Source of the DNA: the human T2T-CHM13v2.0 reference genome, Homo sapiens
Reading direction: 5' to 3' (one strand)
Assembly (NCBI RefSeq): GCF_009914755.1
Contig: NC_060933.1
Length of the DNA stretch: 64,000 bases
Positions 16,226 through 28,644 of this stretch are shown piece after piece; the first letter of the stretch is position 1, and every line of letters starts with the position of its first letter. The notes beneath the pieces are model-generated. The model was given only the letters and a program-made list of their open reading frames with translations, made no database searches and was not told the origin of the DNA. The translations under genes were made by a program, and so were the position numbers.

Positions 16226-16625
16226 GCTGGGCGTGGTGGCTCATGCCTGTAATCCAAGCACTTTGGGAGGCCAAGGCAGGAGGACTGTGTGAAGCCAGGG
16301 CCTCACAACTTTACCGGTTTGCCCCTTTTCCACTCACCAATCAGTGGAATACAATAGCTACAACACTGCTGGCAACCACAGATAGGAAATGCTCACAAGT
16401 GCCCCAACGACCAGCCTGGGCAACATAGGGAGACCCTGTCACTACAAAAATAAATTTAAAAATTGGCCAGGTATGGTGACACACGCCTGTAGTCTTAGCT
16501 ACTCAGGAAGCCAAGGCAGGAGGATGGCTGGAGCCTAGGAGGTCGAGGCTGCAGTGAGCTGTGATTGTGCCACTGCATTTCAGCCTGGGCAACAGAGCAA
16601 GACCCTGTTTCTAAAAATAAAAAAC
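16226..16625 (+). mobile_element. AluJ carrying a 110-bp non-Alu insertion
   Basis: AluJ sequence interrupted at 16303-16412. Confidence 0.85.
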
Positions 16626-16739
16626 TCACTAATGTGACATGCAAGTGACGTACTGATAAAAGCTGAAAGCAACCACATGAAGGCAAGGGTATGACAAAAA
16701 CAAACTGAAGGCCTAAGACATGTAGCACCAGTACCTTTA

Positions 16740-17482
<743 letters not shown>

Positions 17483-18317
17483 TCTGCTATTTTCTATCTT
17501 AGGAGAAGGCAGAGTTTTGCTGCTAAGCAAAACAGACCTTCACATTTCAATTCTGCTGTTTAAAAAATTTGAGAACTTTAGCAATTCTTTGAAATCACAC
17601 TTCTAATTACTAACATTATGAAAATGAAGCAATTTTTAAAGTGACCCAGGAAGAATAGCCAATTGAGTTTTTTTAAATTCCAATTCTTTTGTGCACTGGA
17701 CACAAAATGAACATTAACTTTTCCTGCTTCCCCACGAAGCCACTTTGCTTTTTATAATTCTAGATCTCTTGGAGCACTCATCAAAACTTTACTTGGGGGT
17801 AAACCTGGGGTGCTGGCATCCAACACAACCTACCCTTCAAATAACTCTTGTTTCCACCAAAATAAGAAAAAGGTGGCACAGAGCTGAGTAAAGAGATGAC
17901 ACATTTCAAAAAAGTGTCTAAGCCTGCAAGAGTTCGTGACAGCTGACTGCCCACAGCACAGCACTGTTGGGAATCTCCAGCAGCTGCCCTCTAGCCAAAT
18001 GGCAGAGCAGAGCAGAGCAGCTTTCTGAGGGGTCAGGCGAAGAGGGCCAGCCACCTCCAGCTCTTTCCTCCCACCTCGTCCTCATCTCCAACAGTTTCTC
18101 TCCAGAAATAACTAAGGAGATCACCCCCAGGGAGAAGACAGAGGCATGACACCTACAAGCTGCCTATTTATAGAAAGTGTTAACACTCCTCAGGAAAAGA
18201 CACCAGAAATCTCCTTGGAAACGCCCAAGCCTGTACTCCCTTTGGAATTCTAGTCTGCTAATACCAATGACTGAGTAACCACCTTTAAAACAAAACCAAG
18301 GTCTTTGAGGTACTTAC

Positions 18318-18394
18318 GGTTTCCCCCCAGGGATTCCTGCCAGGTTTGGAGGAATGGTAGGTACTCTCATGTGAGGGGGAGGATCAAACCCCAC
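18318..18394 (-). CDS. TLE1: TLE1 exon 14 (77 nt): VGFDPPPHMRVPTIPPNLAGIPGGKP
   Basis: TTTTTGTTTCCAG acceptor, GTAAGT donor, phase 0/2. Confidence 0.96.
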
Positions 18395-18700
18395 CTGGAA
18401 ACAAAAATAAGGCATTGCAGACTCAGTTTATTGCAGCAGGCACTTTGTGAACATCAATACTGTTCATTAGAAACTCACAGATCCCCAAAGCAACATAAAT
18501 GGGAACAGTAACATGGCCTAGTGTTTTTCTTTTTAATTACTATGCAAGAGGTAATATAAGCACCCCTGAACGCCACAAGACCCACTTCCTTTTTGGGAGG
18601 TAGAGAGGAGATGTGATCTATTTGTGCACTGAGAACCACTTCCCCATGGTAAATACTTCCCTTAGACTTGCAAGCAAGTTCACAGAGCAGTATGTTGTAT

Positions 18701-18925
18701 TAGGATTTCTCAACCTCAGCACTATTGACATTTGGGGCCAAACAGTTCTTTTCTTTGTTAGGGGCCGTCCTGGGCGTTGCAGGATGCTGAATATCATTCC
18801 TGGCCCCTACTGTTTATGTGCCAAGAGGAATCCACACCTGCCCCCCCTCCCACCCCCAGTTATGATAATCAAAAGTGTCTCCAGATATTATCAAATGTCC
18901 TCAAGGGACAAAATCATCCCCAGTT
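18701..18925. mobile_element. MER20 (hAT-Charlie)
   Basis: 'tttctcaacctcagcactattgacatttggggcc...aaaagtgtctccagatattatcaaatgtcc' matches MER20. Confidence 0.8.
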
Positions 18926-19866
18926 GCATACATGGGTCTAATTTAATGCTTAAGGATTCATACATGGATTCCCTACTTTGTGCAGCGTTAAGGACAGCAT
19001 GTAGTCTCTCAGCTGACCACCTTACTTTCAACACTTTGCCCGCCACTGCACAGCCTCTCCTACAAGTGCAATATCAGGAAAAACAAATGAATCTTAATGT
19101 CACCGCAAACTAGTGGAGGTAATGCTATGTGAAGAGGGGACAAGAGAGAAAGGTAGAGGACATTTTTCAAACAGCCAAGAGAAATGACGGTGGGACTTTA
19201 TACCCTTAATGCAATCAACGATCACAGAGCCAATTCTACCCTTCAAATGCAGTTTTGTTTCTTCTTGTTCAAAAATTAGATCATTTGCACAGTGGCAAGA
19301 GGCAGGGCAAACAGACGAGAGACAGCCTGCCCCCGTGGTTCAGTCTGTCCAGAATTCTACCTGTTTACAGAGACCACTGCTTATATATAAGTCATGCTAT
19401 TGGGTTTAAAGTGTAACATAGGCATAGAAAGAGAAAGCGATGGCTTCTCAGACATCTTTTCCTAAGGTTTAATGAGAAAAAAAAAGTTCAAGAAAATGAA
19501 TGAAAAGGCTTCTGTGAACCACTCGAATCATTTCATCGCCTTCAAATAAAAAAAATCGACTTTGGTGGGAGAAAACCAGATGTCCCCTGAACCACTGAAG
19601 GAGCTTCTAAACACTGCCTTTTTCATCCACAAAAACACTAAAACAAAAAACGTTTGGCCCTCACTTAATGAAGCAGCATGCTGATGAAAGCTGACAAGAG
19701 GAAGGTGAGTGTGTGGCTGGGACACTGGGCGTCTTTGTCTCCGAGGTGTGTGGGGCTGGCTGCTCCTGCCCACGCAGCGCAGAGAGGCCTGGCCCCAAAC
19801 CTGACAGCGCTCAATGGAGCATGCAGCGTTCCTACCCCAACCACAGCCCACCCGACAGCGGCCTAC

Positions 19867-20057
19867 CATGGGGGAGCGCCCGTAGGCCACCACGGCGGCC
19901 GCGGCGGCTGCGGCGCTCATCTGGGGCGACATGTTGTGTAAACTGGCGTAGGCAGCGCCTGGGCTGGTCAGCTCGCCGTTCATGCCAGCGTGGGGGACCA
20001 TCCCAAAAGGAGCAGGATATGGGCCGGGCACTGCCAGGGGTGTCCTCAAGCCAGCTG
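19867..20057 (-). CDS. TLE1: TLE1 exon 13 (191 nt): [19 protein letters not shown]...[19 protein letters not shown] domain
   Basis: TTTCCTTTCAG|CAG acceptor, ATG|GTAGGC donor; within ORF 19528..20085; CpG-rich, with a 7-Ala tract. Confidence 0.96.
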
Positions 20058-20873
20058 CTGAAAGGAAACACAAGCCGCACATCATTCAACTGACCCACTC
20101 CATCAAACCTGACCAGCAAGTCTGGCCTCATCATTTGTTAGTGTCACTCATGGGGAGAGAGAAAGAGGTAAGGCTTCTAGGGGAGGGGGAAAATCACCTC
20201 CAATTTATACACTGGATCCCTCCTTCCCCAGAGTGAATGCATCTCCAGGAAAGAAAAGACTCCAGGGGAAGCACAACCCACACATTTTCTCATTTGTGTA
20301 AATGGCAGCACCAGGAAGCCAGGGGAATTAAGAGTATTCCATACCCAATTTACAGAGGGCAAACCAAGGCACAGGCACCAAGTGTTTACCTGACTTAATC
20401 TCAAAAGAAGATTTTCTCGATAAAATCCAAGATTTCTCTTTCAGTCCGAACTTTCCATTCCCTGGTACCAATTCCAAATGAAAATCCAATCCTGGATTTA
20501 CGTAAACCAAAGCACGGGTTTAGGAGGAATATTCTGTTGCCTATTTTCCTTTGGGCCCAGGTTGTTGCTTTTTTCCTTTCCCACTGGGGAATATCAGGTT
20601 GCAAATTATGAGTTTTTTAAGGGCTGGAGTCGCAGAGAAACCCTCCTAATTTCTACTGCAGGAGAGACCACTGATTCCTGAAGCCTCCCCTAGCAGAAAA
20701 CCAGCAAACTATAGTCTGCAAGGAGCACGGTTGGGCCAGCCAAACCGCTGTTTCAGCCAGTATTAGCAAAGTCAGACGCACAATGCTAGTTAGGTGGGGA
20801 GGCTTGTGTTCAAAATAATTATCAGAAACTTTACTGAAGTCCCTAGGATTTGAATTATTTAAAACTAAAAGAA

Positions 20874-21258
<385 letters not shown>

Positions 21259-21474
21259 GCTGAATGTAAACAGTTGGAGACTGAACAGAGTGCAGCTGCT
21301 GAAACCCCAGGACAAACATCTGTTTCTTATCATGGCTTTTTCAGAGATAGGAAGGAGGGTGGCCCTACGTACATTTCATATTTGTAGGGCAATTGCGTCA
21401 CAACATTAACAGACAACAAATCAAGCTGGGAATGGGAGAAACCAAACAAAGCACAACAAGAGGCGATGCTGTAC

Positions 21475-21619
21475 CCGCTTGGTTAACGAGGGGGTCTATG
21501 GCTGGAGGCTTGCCGAGACCTGGACGGAGGCCTGGAGTGGCGCTGGTGCCCGGCGTTGGCATGTCGCTCCGAGGCGTTGGTGTGCTGGATTTCAGAACAG
21601 GCGTGCTGGCTTTTTCATG
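21475..21619 (-). CDS. TLE1: TLE1 exon 12 (145 nt): [50 protein letters not shown] domain
   Basis: Acceptor ACACCAG, donor CGG|GTACAG, phase 0/1. Confidence 0.94.
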
Positions 21620-21999
21620 CTGGTGTCATTAAACAAATTAAATGAGTATTATTTTTAATCCAAGCCATATTACACAATTTATCACAACAGCAGCTGGGAC
21701 ACTGGGCACCTTCTAGCTACTCCCTCAGCCAATTTTCATAAATCCACACAATGTTGACAGCATTAACTTGTGAGCGAGAAATGTTGACCTTTCCTCTTCC
21801 TGCCAGAATTAAAACTCGAGCTAGAGACACAGAACATGATCACACTTCTTCCTCCGCAGATTTTATTTTAAAAGTATTTTCCATCAGCCTTGTGGACTTT
21901 GGGTCTACGCCAAGTTAGAAAGATGACCACCCAGAGAATATTTCCCAGGCACTCAGAAACACATGTCCTGGCCGCCAAGTCCAAGGAAGACCCCTTTTC

Positions 22000-22305
22000 T
22001 TTTCTTTTTTTTTTTTTTTTTTTGAGATGGAGTCTCACTCTGTCACCCAAGCTGGAGTGCAGTGGCGCAATCTCGGCCTACTACAAGCTCCGCCTCCCGG
22101 GTTCACGCCATTCTCCTGCCTCTGCCTCCTGAGTAGCTGGGATTACAGGTGCCCGCCACCATGCCCAGCTAATTTTTTTGTATTTTTAGTGGAGACGGGG
22201 TTTCACCATGTTAGCCAGGATGGTCTCGATCTCCTGACCTCGTGATCCACCCGCCTTGGCCTCCCAAAGTGCTGGGATTACAGGCCTGAGCCACCGCGCC
22301 AGGCC
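22000..22305 (-). mobile_element. AluY with 14-bp TSD gaagaccccttttc
   Basis: TSD copies at 21986-21999 and 22307-22320. Confidence 0.92.
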
Positions 22306-23010
22306 AGAAGACCCCTTTTCAAGTCTCCTTTTTAGGTAGCCCTGGGATTGAGACAAATGGTGAGAGAGAGTGGGGCCAGTATCTCAGAGACAAAAGCCCC
22401 AGGGCTAACCTTACCAATATGCCTAAAAAGAACAACACTTTGGAGTTAAGAGTCACTGCCCACTTGCCTACATAACCAAAGTGGACCCACCAGTGCAGAT
22501 CAGAGACTGAACACCAGCAAGGGGCCTTTCGGAGACCAGACAGTAACAGGGTTACAGGGCACCTTCTCTGGCCTTTCAACCTTTCATGTGCTTTACAACA
22601 CAGTCCAAGAACCACTACAGCGTGGCAAAGAGCACGGGCTAAAGAGAGCTCTTTCTGACCTTGGATCATGAGCCACGGCTGTGTAGCCTTGTTAAGTTAT
22701 TCATCCCTCCCAACCGGTAAAATGGGATAATGCCTACCGGGACCAGGTAAGGATTAACTGAAGGGTTGTTATGAAATGTTATTGTTAAAAGATGATGCAG
22801 TCTACAAAGTTTGATTGAATGAGTGACCACATGAGTGGGTTCTGATGCACCAGTTCCTGGCTTCCCCTGGGGCCTCCTTTGTGCATCACTGATCTGACGA
22901 GCTCCATAATATCGGGGCATGCTCTATGACATGCCCCGATATTAAGGATCAGTCTACCAGGTAAATGACCAGCCTAAGAAAATGAAGACTTAAGAATCTC
23001 GGAAGTTTGA

Positions 23011-23474
<464 letters not shown>

Positions 23475-23523
23475 TCAGAGAGCTGTGTGGCAAGAACATA
23501 TCCCCCAAGTAAGACGGCAATGA

Positions 23524-23837
23524 GGCTGGGCTTGTAATCCCAACACTTTGGGAGGCTGAGGCGGGTGGATCAAAGAGGTCAGGAGTTCAAGACCAGCCTG
23601 ACAAACATGGCAAAACCCCATCTCTACTAAAAATACAAAAAAAAAAAAAAAAAATTAGCTGGGCATGGTCGCGCGCGCCTGTAATCCCAGCTACTCAGGG
23701 GGCAGAGGCAGGAGAATCGCTTGAACCCAGGAGGCAGAGGCTGCAGTGAGCTGAGACTGCACCACTGCACTCTAGCCTGGATGATGGAGTGAGACTCCGT
23801 CTCAAAAAAAAAAAAAAAAGAAGAAGAAGAAGAAGAA
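23524..23837 (+). mobile_element. AluS with (A)n(GAA)n tail; TSD aagaMggcaatga
   Basis: Alu consensus with a flanking direct repeat. Confidence 0.88.
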
Positions 23838-24071
23838 GGCAATGAACACAGATGCGTGTACACCCTCTAATCATGGCCGAAAAGAGATGACTGAGGGGAA
23901 AAAGTAAACCCTGAATGGTGACAAAGAACAGAAGGATGAGTTTCACTATTAAACTCTTAAAAATACAACCCTCAAGCAGCAAAACCCCCACATTTCCAAT
24001 ACTTCAGAGTCCTCCAGTCCACAATGAAAAATACACTGCCAAACAGGCAAGTGTCAGTTTTCTTTACCTAC

Positions 24072-24224
24072 CAAGCTCATTTCTTTGGATTTCAAAGAAG
24101 TGGAACTTGCCGAGGAGGCCGTGGAAGCTGGACTGCTAGAAGCATCCTTCTTTAGCAGGCGATTTTTGTCGATTCCATTTTCCCGGGGCGAGTGGGCAGG
24201 GCTTGCTCGCGGAGAAGAAGGGTC
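24072..24224 (-). CDS. TLE1: TLE1 exon 11 (153 nt): [17 protein letters not shown]...SLKSKEMSL, CcN/SP domains
   Basis: Acceptor TTGTTGAG, donor TTG|GTAGGT; within ORF 24054..24242. Confidence 0.94.
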
Positions 24225-24735
24225 CTCAACAAGCATAATCAAAAGTTTTCGTGATTTAGCTTGTAACAGACAGACTTTTCCCTTTCCACACTCATTCTCT
24301 AAATTTAAGGACAGAGCTGAAAGTCCTTCGGGTTGGGGTTGTACAAGGTGACCAACACCATGTTATAAATGAGCAATATGGTGTCGGCAAACATACCTGC
24401 AAACATGCCATAAAAAAAAAACCCCGCAGTCATATCCCTCTTTGTGCCTCATGCTTAAGAACTTTGCCTAGAGGGCACTGGAAGGAAAGGGGAGCCAAAC
24501 ATCCAACTTAGGCATTCAAAATGTCTAGAGAAATATCTTTTTTTAAAGGAAATAAAACTTTATGTCAGTTAGACCATTATTGCTCCATACATGAGCAACC
24601 ATTAACTTCTTAATGTAAGAAGTTGCAAGAGGTCCCCCCACCGAGGGGCTCTACTTCCTTCATTCACTGTTAGTTTTTTTTCATAACATTATTCAAATCA
24701 TTCTGAAGACAAACTTTGATGAAAAGAATGGTTAC

Positions 24736-24789
24736 CTCATTAGACACATCCACAACTAAGTTGTCATCGCTTTTGTCACCATCACTGTC
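24736..24789 (-). CDS. TLE1: TLE1 exon 10 (54 nt): DSDGDKSDDNLVVDVSNE, acidic CK2-site segment of the CcN domain
   Basis: TTTTTTCCAG acceptor, GAG|GTAACC donor; conserved Groucho DSDGxKSDxNLVVD motif. Confidence 0.96.
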
Positions 24790-25504
24790 CTGGAAAAAAG
24801 AAACATTAACGCCATTTACTAAAAGCTAAGAATAGGTTTGAGGCACAGTTAGATTTCTTTCTATAGTTCCTGGTAGCAGACAGACTAAAAAAACTACCTG
24901 GGACAGGCCTGCAGGCTCTCTATCAGTTTGCCAGTCCTAGTAATTATTATCATCTTCCCCCTCTTCTCATCTGACCTGGGGCTAGGCAAAGCTTCAGGCA
25001 GGAATTCTGTAGCAGTAGCAAACCAACTATCCAATCACAACTTGTTTACAGGTGATGGCAAGTTGCAAATACTTGGCAGATTGTAAGAGCTCAGTAAATG
25101 GTTGCAACAGCTGAATTTCTCGAGGGATGAAATCTTTAATTTGAGATCTGCACACCCTTATATCAGAGTTTTTCCATATGATTTCAAGGGAAACCATTTT
25201 CCCATGGGATTACTAGTTAATGCAAAAAAAAAAAAAAAAGAATCCTGGAAAGCTAGCTGGTGGATCGAATAAGCAAACAAAACCCAATCTTTTTCTCTTA
25301 AGTAACAAAAAAGTAAATTAAAAATAAACCTTTTTAGCAATCAGCTTGAAGTATTTTTGGAAAGATAATAGATGGCAATATTTGAAGGGCAATGGCATTC
25401 TGCAATAGGGCTCTCATTGTCCCCTCATAAAGCTATCATATTTACTAATCAGAGGAAACTCCAAGGTAGCACTGGGTTTGGAAAAGATTCGGAAAAGCTG
25501 TTCA

Positions 25505-26160
<656 letters not shown>

Positions 26161-28527
26161 TCAAGTTTGAGGCAGGCTGAAAAAGTCTACCTTCTTAGCC
26201 AAAACGTCTCATGTCCTTTAGGGCAGAGTAATACATTATACAATGTAGGCATATGGAAAAAGCAGGACATCTCAATGGTTTTGAATTCTTGGAAAGGAAG
26301 AGGTCCTGAATTTATGATCTAAACAATTCTCTTACTGATGCTGTTGTCAGTGAAGAATATAGAAATAATATCTGAAAAATATTAGTACAAACAAGTGCAA
26401 ATATTATCCACATTGGCCTTCTGAAGTAGGCCCACAAATCTAGTCTAGAAAGTTTACCCTCAACTCTAAATTCAGGTCTTAAATGATTTATTTCCTAATC
26501 ATACCCAGAGCACTACACGTGAGAGACCCAATTTATTTTCTTCAATAGCGTGTTACAAGATATATTTTAGCCATGGTTACAGGGTCACCATGCAATTCAC
26601 TAGTAACAACTTCAAATTACAACCAATGAGGAAGCCTGGGTAATCCTAAATAACAGTCTACTGAAATAAATATTTTCATGCAATAAAGAACAAAACTAAT
26701 ACTAACGAAAATCTGTTTTCTCTTGGTAAAGCCCACAGCAAAGCACAAATGTTTCCAGGTATTAAGGGTGGTGGTGGTGAAAAAATATAAACTAAAAGAG
26801 TTTCTCTTCTAAAAAGAAAATTATGAAAATGGCTAATTTAGTACACATAAGGAACTAGCAAAAAGTAGCAAACTATTCCTTTGTTACAATGGAACTCTGA
26901 AGTGAGTTTACCGTAATTTAAATCTTAGCTTTGTACTGGACCCTTCTGCAAATATAAACCTTCACAGGACAGTACATGTCTGTCATCAGTGATCTAAGGT
27001 CTGAGGCCTCTGTTCCAGATTCTCCAACATACTCTCCACACATGGTCCCTAACCATCTATCCAATCAGACAAACCAGTACATGCAGGTTACAAAACTACC
27101 ACGGCAAGCTTTATGGATTCTAGAGCACTCATTACTAAATAACTTACTATACACAACAGCCTCATGAAGGGCAATTCAGAATTCTACATCAGCAAATCTC
27201 TGCATGTCATAAACCTTCCAACTTGCTTATTAACACTGAAAGTACACAATGAAAGTACATGCATGGGACATCAGCTCTGGGCAACAGGCAAGGGGAGAAT
27301 GATATGTGCTAAAAAGTGTTGGGCTAGGGTGGGGAGAACCAACAGCTTTGTTTCTTAGTATGTTATTAAAGCATAGTGCAAAGTGTGAACCAATTTGAGG
27401 ATCTCTGGTAAAATAATCCAATACTGGAGGTGGGTTTGCACATCTTAGCATTGTGTCGAAGAGCAGAGATACTACAGCTGGCTCCAGCAAATCACTGGGA
27501 TGTTATAAGAGTTAAATGAAATAATCCATGAAAAAATCACAAGGTACCTGGCACTAACTCCAGGTGGCACTCAAAAAGATGTTACCTATCATCAGCTATA
27601 GGCTTGGGCCAGCCAGCAGGAGACACTATCCTCTGTCTAGTGTTTAGACCTCCACATAGCCTGCACAGTAGATACCTCTTCCTGCAAGGGCATCAGGGAC
27701 GTAGCCCCATTTCAGCAACTTTACTTTCATACTGTTCCTGAGAATGCATCCATCCTGAAACAGACACTCAGGGACACACAGGCAACTCCAAGTCATACAT
27801 CGGCTGCAATGTTTATAACCCTGAGAACAGAGCCAATGGCCATCTGGCTTGGTTTGGTTTCCTTTTGAATGTGGTTTTAGCTGGATCTGTGACAAGAGCC
27901 CTCACTCCATCAACCAGTAGAGTGATCTCATCTACAGAATTTAAACAAGATGCCTCTGGGGTTTCTTCCATTTTGACCATGAACTTAGATCACTAGAATG
28001 CTCACTATGGAAGACATTGAGCTCTGCCTTGAGAAGTACCATGAGCCTATATTATCAGAACAGCATCCACAAAGCTTTTGTGACACTATAATTTTTACTC
28101 TATTTTAGCAGGAGTGGCTACTAAATTCACAGAGTCCAGGACAAAATGAAAAATGCAGAGACCTTATTCAAAAATTGAGAACGCAAAGATGGTGAGATCA
28201 GAGCATTACACCAAGGGAGGCGGGGGGCCCGGGGGACTCCTAACAAGAGCAGGGCCCTGAGCAACCGCACAGCCCACAAAGTCAGCCCTGCATTTTCATA
28301 TTCCCTTTTGAGTAACAAAGGCAGGAAGTCTAAAGCTTAACACTGAGCCCGGCAGAAGCATAATTTACAGCCCCAAAGGGAAATACTATCCTACAATGTA
28401 AGAACCTCTCCTCTTTACAGTATTATGTTTAAGGACATGGAATTATCACTAAGATCTTAGAATATACTTGGATACTCAGGTGAGCAGTAAGCAAACAAAT
28501 ATTATTTCAAGTCCTTTAATTACTTAC

Positions 28528-28644
28528 ATAGTGGCTGGAGTCCTTATCATCCACCTTCCTTTTCTTGATGTCATTGGAAAATTCAGGTCCATTTCTGCGT
28601 TTATCTGTGCCTCTTAGACTGTCTGGGACCAGGAGGGAATTACT
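28528..28644 (-). CDS. TLE1: TLE1 exon 9 (117 nt): SNSLLVPDSLRGTDKRRNGPEFSNDIKKRKVDDKDSSHY, CcN domain with KKRK NLS
   Basis: TTTTTTTGTCTTGCAG acceptor, GTAAGT donor; within ORF 28516..28707. Confidence 0.96.

Noticed and set aside
19528-19866. Long read-through ORF after exon 13
   Set aside because: Good GTAGGC donor, random-looking peptide, and no poly(A) cassette comparable to the one in intron 7.
19860-20060. CpG-rich patch resembling an internal promoter
   Set aside because: Explained by the Ala/Gly/Pro codons of exon 13; too short for a CpG island.
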